Assembly: GCA_951406725.2 (NCBI GenBank)
Contig: OX597817.1
Span: 124,992,001 to 125,056,000 of the forward strand
Reading direction: 5' to 3'
Source of the DNA: Octopus vulgaris
Lineage: Eukaryota
Length of the DNA: 64,000 nt
A program made the position numbers and the translations under genes. The notes below the pieces were generated by a model. It saw only the letters and a list, made by a program, of their open reading frames with translations. It ran no database searches and was not told the DNA's origin. The first letter of the stretch is position 1; each line of letters opens with the position of its first letter. Below are positions 52,918 to 64,000 of the stretch, in pieces.

Positions 52918-53322
52918 TTTGGTGTGTATGAAGTTATAAACAATATACTATAATATAGTGAGTTAAAAACCTGTTAGCAGGAAAAAATGGTTAAAGGTTG
53001 TTTCTAATTTAGTTGTAAAGCCAGTAGAATTAATGAGAGGACTAACTCAATTACATCAACCTCAGTACTTTACAAGGTTCATTATTATATGAAGCCTAGA
53101 GGAATGAATTACGAAGTTGACCTTGGTAGAATTTGATATCAGAACATAAAGATACTAAGCAAAAGCATAAGGTATTTTGTCTGGCGATCTAATGATTCTG
53201 CTAATCCACTTCAACAAATAATAATAACAATAATTCTTTCAACTATACAGATACAACTTCATCATCATTATTTAACGTCCGTTGTCCGTGCTGGTATGAG
53301 TTGGACAGTCTGACCAGGGTTG

Positions 53323-53728
53323 AAGGTGGTGAGCTGGCAGAAATGTTCGTACGCTGAGTGAAATGCTTAGCGGTATTTTGTCAGCTGCTATGTTCTGAGT
53401 TCAAATTCTGCTGAGGTCGACTTTGTCTTTCATCCTTTCAGGGTTGATTAAATAAGTACCAGTTACGCAATGAGTTCGATGTAATTGACTTAATTCGTTT
53501 GTCTGTCCTTGTTTGTTCACTCTGTGTTTAGCCCCTTGTGGGTAGTAAAGAAATAGGTATTTCGTCTGCTGCTACGTTCTGAGTTCAAATTCTGCCAAGG
53601 TCGACTTTGCCTTTCATCCTTATGTAGTCGATAAATTAAGTACCAGTTACGCACTGGGGTCGATGTAATCAACTTAATCCGTTTGTCTGTCCTTGTTTGT
53701 CCCCTCTGTGTGTGGCAGTAAAGAAATA
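53323..53728 (+). mobile_element. SINE B partial tandem dimer inserted in a family D repeat (about 53262-54010, minus strand)
   Basis: Second unit is headless; junction AAGAAATA|GGTATTTCG at 53555/53556. Confidence 0.88.
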
Positions 53729-54378
53729 AGTTTGACTGGGGCTGGTTAGCTGGAAGGCTGCACCAGATTCCAGTCTGATTTGGCATGGTTTTCTATGGCT
53801 GGATGCCCTTCCTAATGCCAGCCACTCCAAGAGTGTAATGGGTGTTTTATGTACCATTTGTGTGACACCAGTATCTGCCATGACTGTGATTTTGCTCGGC
53901 TTGATGGGTTTTTTTCCTTAAGCACAACATAATGCCAAAGGTCTTGGTCATTGTCTCTGTGAGGCCCAACACTCGAAAGGAACTCAGCTACTTTGCTTTC
54001 GTGAAGCCCAAAGCCTGAAGTTTTGAAGAAGGGAGCTAGTTGATCACATCGAATCCAGTGCTCAACTGGCACTTATTTTAACATCCCCAAAATGATGGAA
54101 GGTGAAGTCGATCTTGGTGGGATTTGAATGTAAAGTGGGAAGAAATGATTCTAACTATTTTACCAGGGGTGCTAACAATTCTGCTAGCTCACAACTTTGA
54201 TCTGCTTGAAAAACAAACCAATAATAATAATGACTTGAATGCAAAGCCAGAAACTCATAAAAATTGATTTAATTTACCTCAGCATTTCCTTTGTTATTAT
54301 TATATCACTCCCCTATATGCTGATGGATAAAATAAACTGGGATTACAGCTCAGAGTGTAAAAGGACATAACTAAGAGC

Positions 54379-54697
54379 ACTCTGTCGGTTACTACAACGA
54401 GGGTGCCAGCGGATAGATCAACAGAACAGCCTGCTCATGAAATGAACATGTAGGTAACAGAGCAATCCACAGACACGCATACCCCTAATGTAGTTCTCAG
54501 GGAGACTCAGCGTGACACAGTGTGTGACAAGGCCGGTCTTTTGAAATACAGATACAACTCATTTTTGCCAGATGAGTGGACTGGAGCAACGTGAAGTAAA
54601 GTGTCTTGTTCAAGGACACAATGTATCGCCAGGAATCAAACTCACGACCGTACAATTGTGGGTCGAATGCCCTAACCACTAAGCCACGCTCATTCAC
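54379..54697 (-). mobile_element. SINE family C
   Basis: A and B boxes on the minus strand; flanking GACATAACTAA at 54364-54374 and 54710-54720. Confidence 0.88.
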
Positions 54698-56309
54698 AAA
54701 AAAAAAAAAGACATAACTAATACAAACCTAATTAGAAGAGGTATTTCATCTGCAACACTACAGACTCTGTCATTGACCTACATACTTTCAGCTGAATAAT
54801 AAAGACAAAAATAGAAGTAACTCTGATGTTCATTCATTTTCATATGCTTTTATGCTTGGTTTCTTATGCTAGAGTGTGTTAGAAGAATATATTACTAAGG
54901 TATTGATTAACAGCCACAGACAGATGCCCTTCCTGTTACAAGGGAATTGTTTTTCATGCAACGGATCTCTTATTTTGCATGTTTTTGATGGTGCAAAGCT
55001 GGTATACAATTTGTTAACTGGGGAAATGAGAGCAGCACCCTCCAATTGATGCCTAGCAGGTCTTGTAAAACCACAAATATAAACAAAGACATACAAGTGC
55101 ATACACACACATACACACTCACACAAACGTACACACACATGAAGGTAACGACAAGCTTTTTTCATTTCCTGTCAACAAAATCCATACCCAAGGCTTCGGT
55201 CAGCCTAGGACTATAGTGGAAGACATATAACCCAGGTGCTATTCAGTGGCACTGAACCCCAAACTACTTTTTTAATTACACAAGTATGTTTGCAATTAAT
55301 TTTTAAAAAGGAAATCTGTCATTGCGCTATTTCATTTGTCAACGAAATTTAATACATCCCTGTGCAATCAAATATATTACAGTGCCAAATATGTCTTTTT
55401 GAATTAACATAGTAATGTTGAAATGAGATTTTTGTTATTTCAGCTAGATTGTTTGTCATAATATAAAATTCTCCAGGTAATTCTAGGGTAATGTTGTTTC
55501 TCAGTAATATTGTCTAGTCAGGACAAAGTAGAGGATAATAATGCTATTACTGAAACTGCTATGTATGGTCTAAGATTATACTCAGAATTTATACTGATAT
55601 CATCAGCTTGTGCTAAATCATATTTTTGTTCTATCGTCATTTGAATAAATTGTTTATTTATAATTATGTTGTTCATTTTTGTTGATTATATTTATTTTTG
55701 TAACAATTCCAACCCTAAAATAAGTGAATTTAATTACTTAAAATGTGTTTTTAATGCTTTCGTATTCAACCTGTACCATTACAATCACACTGAATTCAGA
55801 TGGCTAAGAATAAATTTCCATAATTCCAAGTTCACTTCATGGATGTTATTCTCATAGTCAGTAATATTTTTATTATTATTTTTTATTATTATTTTTTGAA
55901 TAGAAATGTTCAAATGCAATTAGTTTTAAAAGAGGAATTCTGTCAAAACAAAGCCAAATCAATAATCTAGCTCAGGAAAAAGAATGTAAGGAGACAAAAA
56001 TAAAAGACCCACCATCACTACCACCACCAGTAGCATCACAACAAGCATCTGCATCATTACCATTAAGGTATTTTTCTTCATTACTGATCATTTGAAAACT
56101 AAATAGAAAAGAAATCAATATAAAAAACACATTGAAATCAGAAATGAAACAGCTTTTTGGGTGGTTATGCTACAGGTTAAACTCTTCCCTAATGCACATA
56201 ACACATAGAAATTGCATTTGCTGAGAATTTTCTTGAAATGACTTCATTTTATATTAGAGGAAGCAATATCTTGAGTTATTCTTGGATCCCTTCAAAAGCC
56301 AATTGAAAA

Positions 56310-56365
56310 AATAAAATAAAATAAAATAAAATAAAATAAAATAAAATAAAATAAAATAAAATAAA
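56310..56365. repeat. (AAAAT)n microsatellite
   Basis: Read directly. Confidence 0.95.
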
Positions 56366-56564
56366 TTAAATGTCTGGTGTTTTATTTTTCAATTTCTAAT
56401 TATTCTTTTTTAAAATATTATACAAAACTTGCTACATAACGTTCGGTTATGTCATTATCATGATCTCTCTTCTGGCTAGACAATACTAAATACTAGCTGA
56501 AAAAAATTCAGCACCAACAGACAAAACTACACGGCAGCAGTAATACAATGCAGCAACGGACTAT

Positions 56565-56992
56565 ATTCTTTTTATCTTTATCTTTTATCTTTTACTTGTT
56601 TCAGTCATTTGACTGCGGCCATGCTGGAGCACCGCCTTTAGTCGAACAAATTGACCCCGGGACTTATTCTTTGTAAGCCCAGTACTTATTCTATTGGTCT
56701 CTTTTTGCCGAACTGCTAAGTGACGGGGACGTAAACACACCAGCATTGGTTGTCAAGCAATACGAGGGGGACAAACACAGACACACAAACACACATGCAT
56801 ACATATATATATATATATATACATATATACGACAGGCTTCTTTCAGTTTCCGTCTACCAAATCCACTCACAAGGCATTGGTCGGCCCGAGGCTATAGCAG
56901 AAGACACTTGCCCAAAATACCACGCAGTGGGACTGAACCCGGAACCATGTGGTTTGTTAGCAAGCTACTTACCACACAGCCACTCCTGCACC
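56565..56992 (-). mobile_element. SINE family A (low divergence)
   Basis: Complete structure. Confidence 0.92.
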
Positions 56993-57245
56993 TATTGAAT
57001 CTGAAATTAACAGTACTGTGTATTTCAAAGAAACACATTGGTATTATAAACAAAATATAGTTTTGTTGTTTAACCCAAGATCAATTCCTGAATGAGGAAA
57101 CCTATTGTTAAAAGCATTCCAGTTGGTACCATCACATCTTATTTTAAGAGATAATGTATCTCAGACAATACTGTCCAATGTAATCCTTTATTTTAATATT
57201 TTAGAGTATGACTTGAAATTTCATGGTGATCTAGTTACTATTTCT

Positions 57246-57847
57246 TATTTCTTTATTGCCCACAAGGGGCTAAACATAGAGGGGACAAACAAGGACAGAC
57301 AAACGGATTTAGTCAATTATATCGACCCCAGTGCGTAACTGGAACATAATTTATCGACCCCGAAAGGATGAAAGGCAAAGTCAACCTCGGCGGAATTTGA
57401 ACTCAGAACGTAACAGCAGACGAAATACCTATTTCTTTACTACCCACAAGGGGATAAACACAGAGAGGACAAACAAGGACAGACAAAGGGATTAAGTCAA
57501 TTATATCGACCCCAGTGCGTAACTGGTACTTATTTAATCGACCCCAAAAGGATGAAAGGCAAAGTCGACCTCGGCGGAATTTGAACTCAGAACGTAACAG
57601 CAGACGAAATACCTATTTCTTTACTACCCACAAGGGAATAAAGACAGAGAAGACAAACAAGGACAGACAAACGGATTAAGTCAATCATATCGACCCCAGT
57701 GCGTAACAGGTACTTATTTAATTGATCTTGAAAGGATGAAAGGCAAAGTCGACCTTGGCAGAATTTGAACTCAGAACGTAACGACAGACGAAATACCGCT
57801 AAGCATTTTGTCCAGTGTGCTAACGTTTCTGCCAGCTCACTGCCTTA
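57246..57847 (-). mobile_element. SINE B partial tandem trimer with a single TSD
   Basis: Units start at 57246, 57430 and 57614 (184-bp period); TSD TAGTTACTATTTCT at 57232-57245 and 57853-57866. Confidence 0.92.
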
Positions 57848-58582
57848 CTATATAGTTACTATTTCTGACTGGTCAAGCAATCAGATAGATTTCTTGCTTG
57901 TTCAATAATCAGATATGCTTGATTCTAAGGAGAAAAAAGGAAGCTTTCCTACCTGGAAATTCTGCTCTATTTTGTGGTCAATTTTATTGTCACCTTTTTG
58001 AGATACCTGATTGGTTAAAGCACTTTTATCACAATAAAACTATTCTTTTGAACACCAAATGTATTCAGTGAAATATCTCAAAAATGCTTTCCCAGATACA
58101 TCAATAAATGGATACACTGGAAACATGCATATTGGGTTTCCCTTTAGCTAATCCAATATATATAATTGAAACACATACTTCTGCAGATTAGTAGCACGAT
58201 AGAAAAACAAACAAATTTTTCAAAAGGCAATTACTGTTGAGAGGACAATTATTGTGGGAAATAAAATTACAAGTAGGAACAGAGATAGTATTATTGATGT
58301 TGGAAAGAATTTTTGAACTGAAATGGTTAATTGAGAAAGGAAAAAGTTTTACTGCGAGAATAGTTAATTTTGATTGAATTGCTGCTAAAAATCTTATGTC
58401 TGTTATCACTGAGAAAATGTAAAGACATTAAATTTACAAAACCTTTGGCAATAGTTTGTTCCATTTTTCATAATTGTTCATAGATTTGTGAGGTTTCAGT
58501 GCTAGCAAGATATAATATATAATTCTATACTTAGTATTGCATATTCTCTTTCCTTCCTCTTGTTCACACTTAAATGTTTACA

Positions 58583-58616
<34 letters not shown>

Positions 58617-58987
58617 TGCATGTGTGTGCAAATTACAAATCATATACATATAAATTAGTTCATGCCGATGCCAAAATTTACATGTAGTTTTACCCTAAGT
58701 AATAATTTTCACCAGAATTTGACGAAACAATCACTCTGGCAAATTTAATATAATAAAATCATAAGTTACTCTCTAAACTGCTGAAATGTGTTAAACATTA
58801 AAAAATAATATAGAATTTAAATAATAAAACTGTTTATTTACACAAGTTCATAACTACACGTTTTTTTTTTTATTTGTTGACCAGAATTCAAGTGTATAAT
58901 GTTTAAAATAGTCAGTTGTTCTTATGCTCACATGTTTACATTCAGTTTTTAAAATATATTAAACGCACAGAAATATATAAAAGAACC

Positions 58988-59519
58988 TAGTGGTCACTCT
59001 CTTATATTTGTGTATAAATTTTTATTGTATCCCTGGTTTTTATGCACTAAGCCACTCGGTGTTAAATTGATGGTATTATTAAATTAATATTCAATTTTTT
59101 CACCCTTATTTTTGATTTTAATTATACTGCAGTAAATTTTTTATGAAGTATTTGTTTCCGGAAGTCTTAGCGTGCTTTAGTGAGAGAATTTGAATCATAA
59201 CTGAAAGTATAATTGATTAAACCACACGTGTGTTTGACGTTGTTAAAATTTAGCGTGCGGTTTAATAAATTGTATTCAAGACAAATTCTACTGATGACCT
59301 ATGGATATGTTATGTAAGTAAAATTGCATAATACATTAATAGCGAAACAATTGTCTAGAGTTAATCTACATTTTTGTTATTTTTCATTTGCCCTGCTCGT
59401 TTACGTTAAATGTTGTGCTGATTCTTCCTGGAAACAATTTTTTAGTGGTTAATACCATAGCGGATCTATTTTTAGTGCAAGAGTCGACCATATAGTGGTC
59501 ACTCTCTTATATTTGTGTT
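58988..59519 (+). mobile_element. Retrozyme-like non-coding element: 505-bp monomer plus 26-bp terminal redundancy
   Basis: Direct repeat TAGTGGTCACTCTCTTATATTTGTGT at 58988-59013 and 59493-59518; TSD TAAAAGAACCTA at 58978-58989 and 59520-59531; internal HHR. Confidence 0.85.
59284..59362 (+). ncRNA. Type I hammerhead ribozyme
   Basis: AATTCTA-CTGATGA-long stem II-GAAAC-AATT-GTC-TAGAGTT; intact core, palindromic stem III ACAATTGT, predicted cleavage after 59355; first stem II pair is a C-C mismatch. Confidence 0.88.
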
Positions 59520-60710
59520 TAAAAGAACCTACTCTGTATTTTCTTTGTCAAGTATAAGGCATAAAATAGTTTTCTTGTTTTCTTTTCTCTTCTGAAAACC
59601 ATTTCTTGAAGAATTCTGGAACAGGTAAATAAGTATTGAAGTACTCAAAATTTCTGTGAATTTTGATTAAAATGTTTTTTTCTGTATATTTTACAAATAA
59701 TACTATTAATTGTAACCTTTCTTCAGTTTCATTCTCTGGACATGAAGATTTTTTTCTGTAAAGGCAGGTGGTTATTTGTGAGACATTATTACATTTTTCC
59801 TTTGTTCATATGGACAAAAGAAAAATGTCCATTTTCTTTTCATAGGAGTGAGTAAAATGAAATGACACAATCAGAAATCAAAACCACATTAAAAACAGGA
59901 TCTCCTGTAGCTTACGTTGGGAAAGCTCACAATAAATTAAAACTTAATTACTAGTAAGTTTAGGATAAATTAACTAATCTAAATAATTATTTCTCACACA
60001 GCAGGTCAAAAGTAGTACATTTGTAAGAAAGTTAGTATAGTTAATGGAACAAAAAATTTTATTAGTTTATGACTAGTATTTAATTTCTCAACCACAGTAC
60101 AATGAAATACAATTTTCCCTGGCAAGATTTGAACTGAAAATATAGACAAACTGAAACTAACTATTGTAGAGCGTTTTCTCAGTACTGTTATTGCAGCAGA
60201 TACCATCTTTAAGAAGGTATGAATAATTAATTTTTACTAAGTCCAATACCAACTGTGGTAGAAGAAGAGCACAGTTAATTAAATCAAAGCTTGTTGAATT
60301 AACACTCTATCTTATTAAGAGCAGTGTAATGAAAGTTATCTAGGAAAAGCACACTTGACCTTAGTAATGGGATTTGAGTTGAAAGCTAAAGCATTCAGTA
60401 TTAAATTATGTTTAGTAAGTCTTCTACTCCAGTAGTCTGCTGTGCTGGTTATGACCAGCTGCTGAAATAATAGGGTTGGATTTGACTGCTTAGATTTCAA
60501 CTAACTCCAATCAGATAATGGAAAACAAACAAATTGAAAATAATGAGGATGATAATAATTACAATGATTGTTTCTAACATAGGCACAAGGCCACAGATTT
60601 GTGTTGAGGGGCTTAAGTTAATTACATTGACACCAGTACTTGACTGGTATGTTATTCTATCAATGTTGGAAGAATGAAAAGCAAAGGTAGTCTCAGTGGG
60701 AATAGGACAG

Positions 60711-60752
60711 ATAATAATAATAATGATAATAATAATAATAATAATAATAATT

Positions 60753-60783
<31 letters not shown>

Positions 60784-61308
60784 AATTATTGTATACAGTG
60801 CTCAGGTGCACCACAATTTGTCAAAAGTGAGTATAAAGCATATGCAGTAATGTACAAATGTCTGGGAAGTGAACAGTGTATGAGTCAGATACATGCTTGC
60901 ATGTGTATGGAGGGGAGAAAATCAGGTGTAGTGTTGGCGAATCTCAGGAAGCATGGATATTTTGAAGGATGCAGTGCTCCGACAACTAACAACTGATGCC
61001 GGCAGTTTGCTCCATGCTTCAGCAACTCTTAGCGTGAAAAAATGTTTCTGAAAGTCATGGGAGCTGCGCTGTTTTCTGACTTTGTAAACATGTCCTTGGG
61101 TGTTAGACAGGTGGAGTTTGAAAAAGTGCTCAAACTTATTGTTAGTAAGATGGTTAATAATTTTATGGGTGTCTGCCAAGTCAGCTGCCAGATGTCGGAG
61201 TTTCAATGTATCTATGCCCAGGGAAGTAAGGTATTCAGAATATGGCAAATGCCTGATGGAGGGTATTCTCTTGGTTGCACCCCGCTGAACAGTTTCCAGA
61301 TGATTAAT
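60711..61308 (-). mobile_element. CR1/L2-group LINE 3' end with (ATT)n tail
   Basis: LETVQRGATKRIP..LPYSE.L..LG..TLKLR...DL, TQGH.YK, FFTLRV.EAWSKLP; 3' UTR ends in (ATT)n. Confidence 0.88.
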
Positions 61309-62868
61309 GTAAAAAGCCACAATAAATACTACAAAGAATTTAACCCAATGCTTTAACAATCCTTCTAATCTATATCCCTTAACTATGATTATAATTCAAT
61401 TCTTAGTCACTTTTTCTTAGAATAACCCTATTTTAGTCAAATCTATATAAAACATTCATTAGTCCCTTTTTTATCAGTTCGTTGCTTGCCATTAGCTTGC
61501 ATCCCAGTTTTTTACAAGTAGATATGAGTATATGAGCTTCATATGATGGCAAATTTCTGCAAGTCTCTTGTCTCTGTTATGCATTCATCAGTCATGACTC
61601 TTAGTGATTAATTAGTAGTCTTCATACAACACATATTTAGTTACATTTTTTATTTTGAAATACATCCATAGCAGCAAGTCTAGATCAACCTATAATGGTC
61701 ACTATGAAAAATAACATTCACATATCGCTCAGTAATTCATTGTAAAATTTTAATAGAATAAATTTACATTCACCCACTTTGTTCTCATTCTTTTACTGGC
61801 TTCAGTTATTGGACTACATTCATGCTTTGGTAATGTTTTTGAGGAATTTTATTGACCATAGTATGTATTTTGATTTAGTGAAGAGGCATCAAACTCATCT
61901 GTCTTTATAAGCTGGTTTAAGCATAAACTAAATCTCATGGACTGGATTGAAGCACAAACTTTGTTTTGTTGATTGAACAAGGACAATTATTCCTAAAATG
62001 TGTGTTCATAATGTAGGCTATAGTAAATGTATAAAGGGGTAAACCTATAATATTGTTATTAATAAAGAAAAGAAAGAACATGAAACGTTTTGTGTGAGAA
62101 AAATTCAATCACACACAGACACACACACACATGCAGATACACACACACATACATACATACATACACACATATATACATATGTACATGTGTGTAAGAGCTT
62201 CATATATCATATATAAATATGTGTATGTGCATATATATATATACCTGTGTGGGTATCCCTATATGCATATATTTATATATGTATGGTTTTATTAAGCAAG
62301 TGTCTTTAGAGTAAAGTTGGATGCAGAAATGATCAAAATGATAGTATACACTTCGTGAGAAGACCAAAACTTGATAGAAAGCTTGCACTGTTTCAACAGC
62401 AAAATCTTTCAATACAGTTCATAAAACTACAATTAATTTCAATGAATATCAATATTAATTTAAAACAAAATAGCCTCTGTTAGGCTCAATACTTGATTCA
62501 TAAGCTTCTTTTTTATTGGTGGAGATAGCAAAAAATTCCTTAAGTTGCACAGGTTTGACTGATTGAAAGTAATGATAATCAAAACATTAGTTGATTTTTC
62601 ACTTAGTTAATGCATGAGATATTTTATTAAATAAAAATATTTTTAAAATAATTTTTTTATATAATTGCAAAGGTCCAGCCTAAGAATTGCTGCTGGCCAG
62701 ATCCAGCCTATGGGTCATATGTTTCTTTTAGTCTAATATTTCATTGATGTCATGTTTGTGAAACCAGTAAACTATTGAAGACCAAAGGACATAGCATAGA
62801 AACGATGTAAACAAATACATATATTACAAGTGTATAATTATCTAAAAGAATATGTATAGGTATAGGTA

Positions 62869-63028
62869 TAGGTGTAGCTGTGTGGTAAGAAGCTTGCTTT
62901 CTAACCTCATGTTTCTGGGTTCAAGTCCCACTGCGTGCCACCTTGGGCAAGTGTCTTCTGCTATAGCCTTGGGCCAACTAAAGCCTTGTGAGTGGGTTTG
63001 GTAGACCGAAACTGAAAGAAGCCCATTG

Positions 63029-63069
<41 letters not shown>

Positions 63070-63300
63070 ATCTGTGTGCATATACCTTTGTGTCTGTGTT
63101 TGCACCCCTCTCCACCAACTAACAACTGGTGTTGTTGTGTTTACATCCCTTTAACTTAGCAGTTTGTCATAAAAGATTGATACAATAAGTACCAGGCTTA
63201 AAAGGTAGTCCTGCATTTGATTTGTTCAACCTAAAACCCTTCAAGGTGGTGCTCCAGCATGGCCGCAGTCTAATGACTGGAACAAGTAAAAGATAAAAGA
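62869..63300 (+). mobile_element. SINE family A
   Basis: Complete structure. Confidence 0.88.
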
Positions 63301-63304
63301 TATG

Positions 63305-63341
<37 letters not shown>

Positions 63342-63450
63342 ATATATATATATATTGGCAAAAACGGTAAGATAACAAAAGAGACCTCAATATTATGTAA
63401 ATAGAGGAAATTTATCTATAAAATAATATGTTACAATTACTCAATAGTCA

Positions 63451-63513
63451 AGATAAAACTCTGAGTTTCAGATACCGAAGTGGAAATCCACAACACCATC
63501 TCTTTGGTTATCT
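63451..63513 (-). ncRNA. Degenerate type I hammerhead motif in a pLTR-like segment next to (TA)n
   Basis: AGATAA-CCAAAGA-GATG...TATCT-GAAAC-TCAGA-GTT-TTATCT; perfect stem I, palindromic stem III, first core box differs from CTGANGA at two positions. Confidence 0.6.
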
Positions 63514-64000
63514 GGCCATCTGAAAAAACGCTATGAAAAAATACCGTTATATAAAGGGAAATTACTGTGTTATAATTCTGCTACTTATATAAAATAAGAT
63601 TAAAATTTCATAGTAAACATGTCTAGTCATACGCTCACATGTGCGCTCGTGGACCCACGTGTGTACTTATACGTCACTATAAAAACGTACACATCTTCAC
63701 TCGCATTTTTCGCCAAATATATACGCATATATATACAAACTCATACACACACACATGCGTACCGTAAAAGTTCATACATATGTCTATATATGCACATACA
63801 CACATATCTATGATGATGATGATGTTATATTCCCCATTTTGTTTCCCAGTTTCCACTTGCCCAAAATATTGCAAAATGTGATCACAATGCCATGTTTATT
63901 AAGGAAACACAATCTTACACATTTTAGTCAGAAATATCGTGTATAAGTTCCATTAAATAGAGATCATAGGAAAGAAGTGGTGAGCACAAGATTTTCTGTC

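Noticed and set aside
57246-57847. CRISPR-like repeat array
   Set aside because: The units are SINE copies with no unique spacers, in eukaryotic context.

Overview
AT-rich eukaryotic DNA packed with microsatellites and transposon debris. I infer a coleoid cephalopod, probably Octopus, from the tRNA-derived SINE families and the (TA)n/(CA)n/(AAT)n load. I find no intact host gene; almost all short ORFs in the track are translations of microsatellites or SINEs. Recognisable elements are: two decayed Penelope-like retroelements (PLEs); three R4/Dong-type non-LTR remnants next to (AAT)n; a piggyBac nested in one of them; several Tc1/mariner relics (DD34E, DD37D, mariner); a non-autonomous Helitron; a CR1-type 3' end; and dozens of SINEs from about four families. 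The most striking signal is a set of type I hammerhead ribozyme (HHR) motifs in at least seven sequence-unrelated small elements. One is a 505-bp non-coding monomer with terminal redundancy and a target-site duplication (TSD), i.e. retrozyme/circular-RNA-like (58978-59531). Another is a TSD-flanked element joining a tRNA-derived Pol III head to an HHR-bearing, inverted PLE-type tail (49645-50156). All structures were read by eye, and the ends of degenerate elements are approximate.
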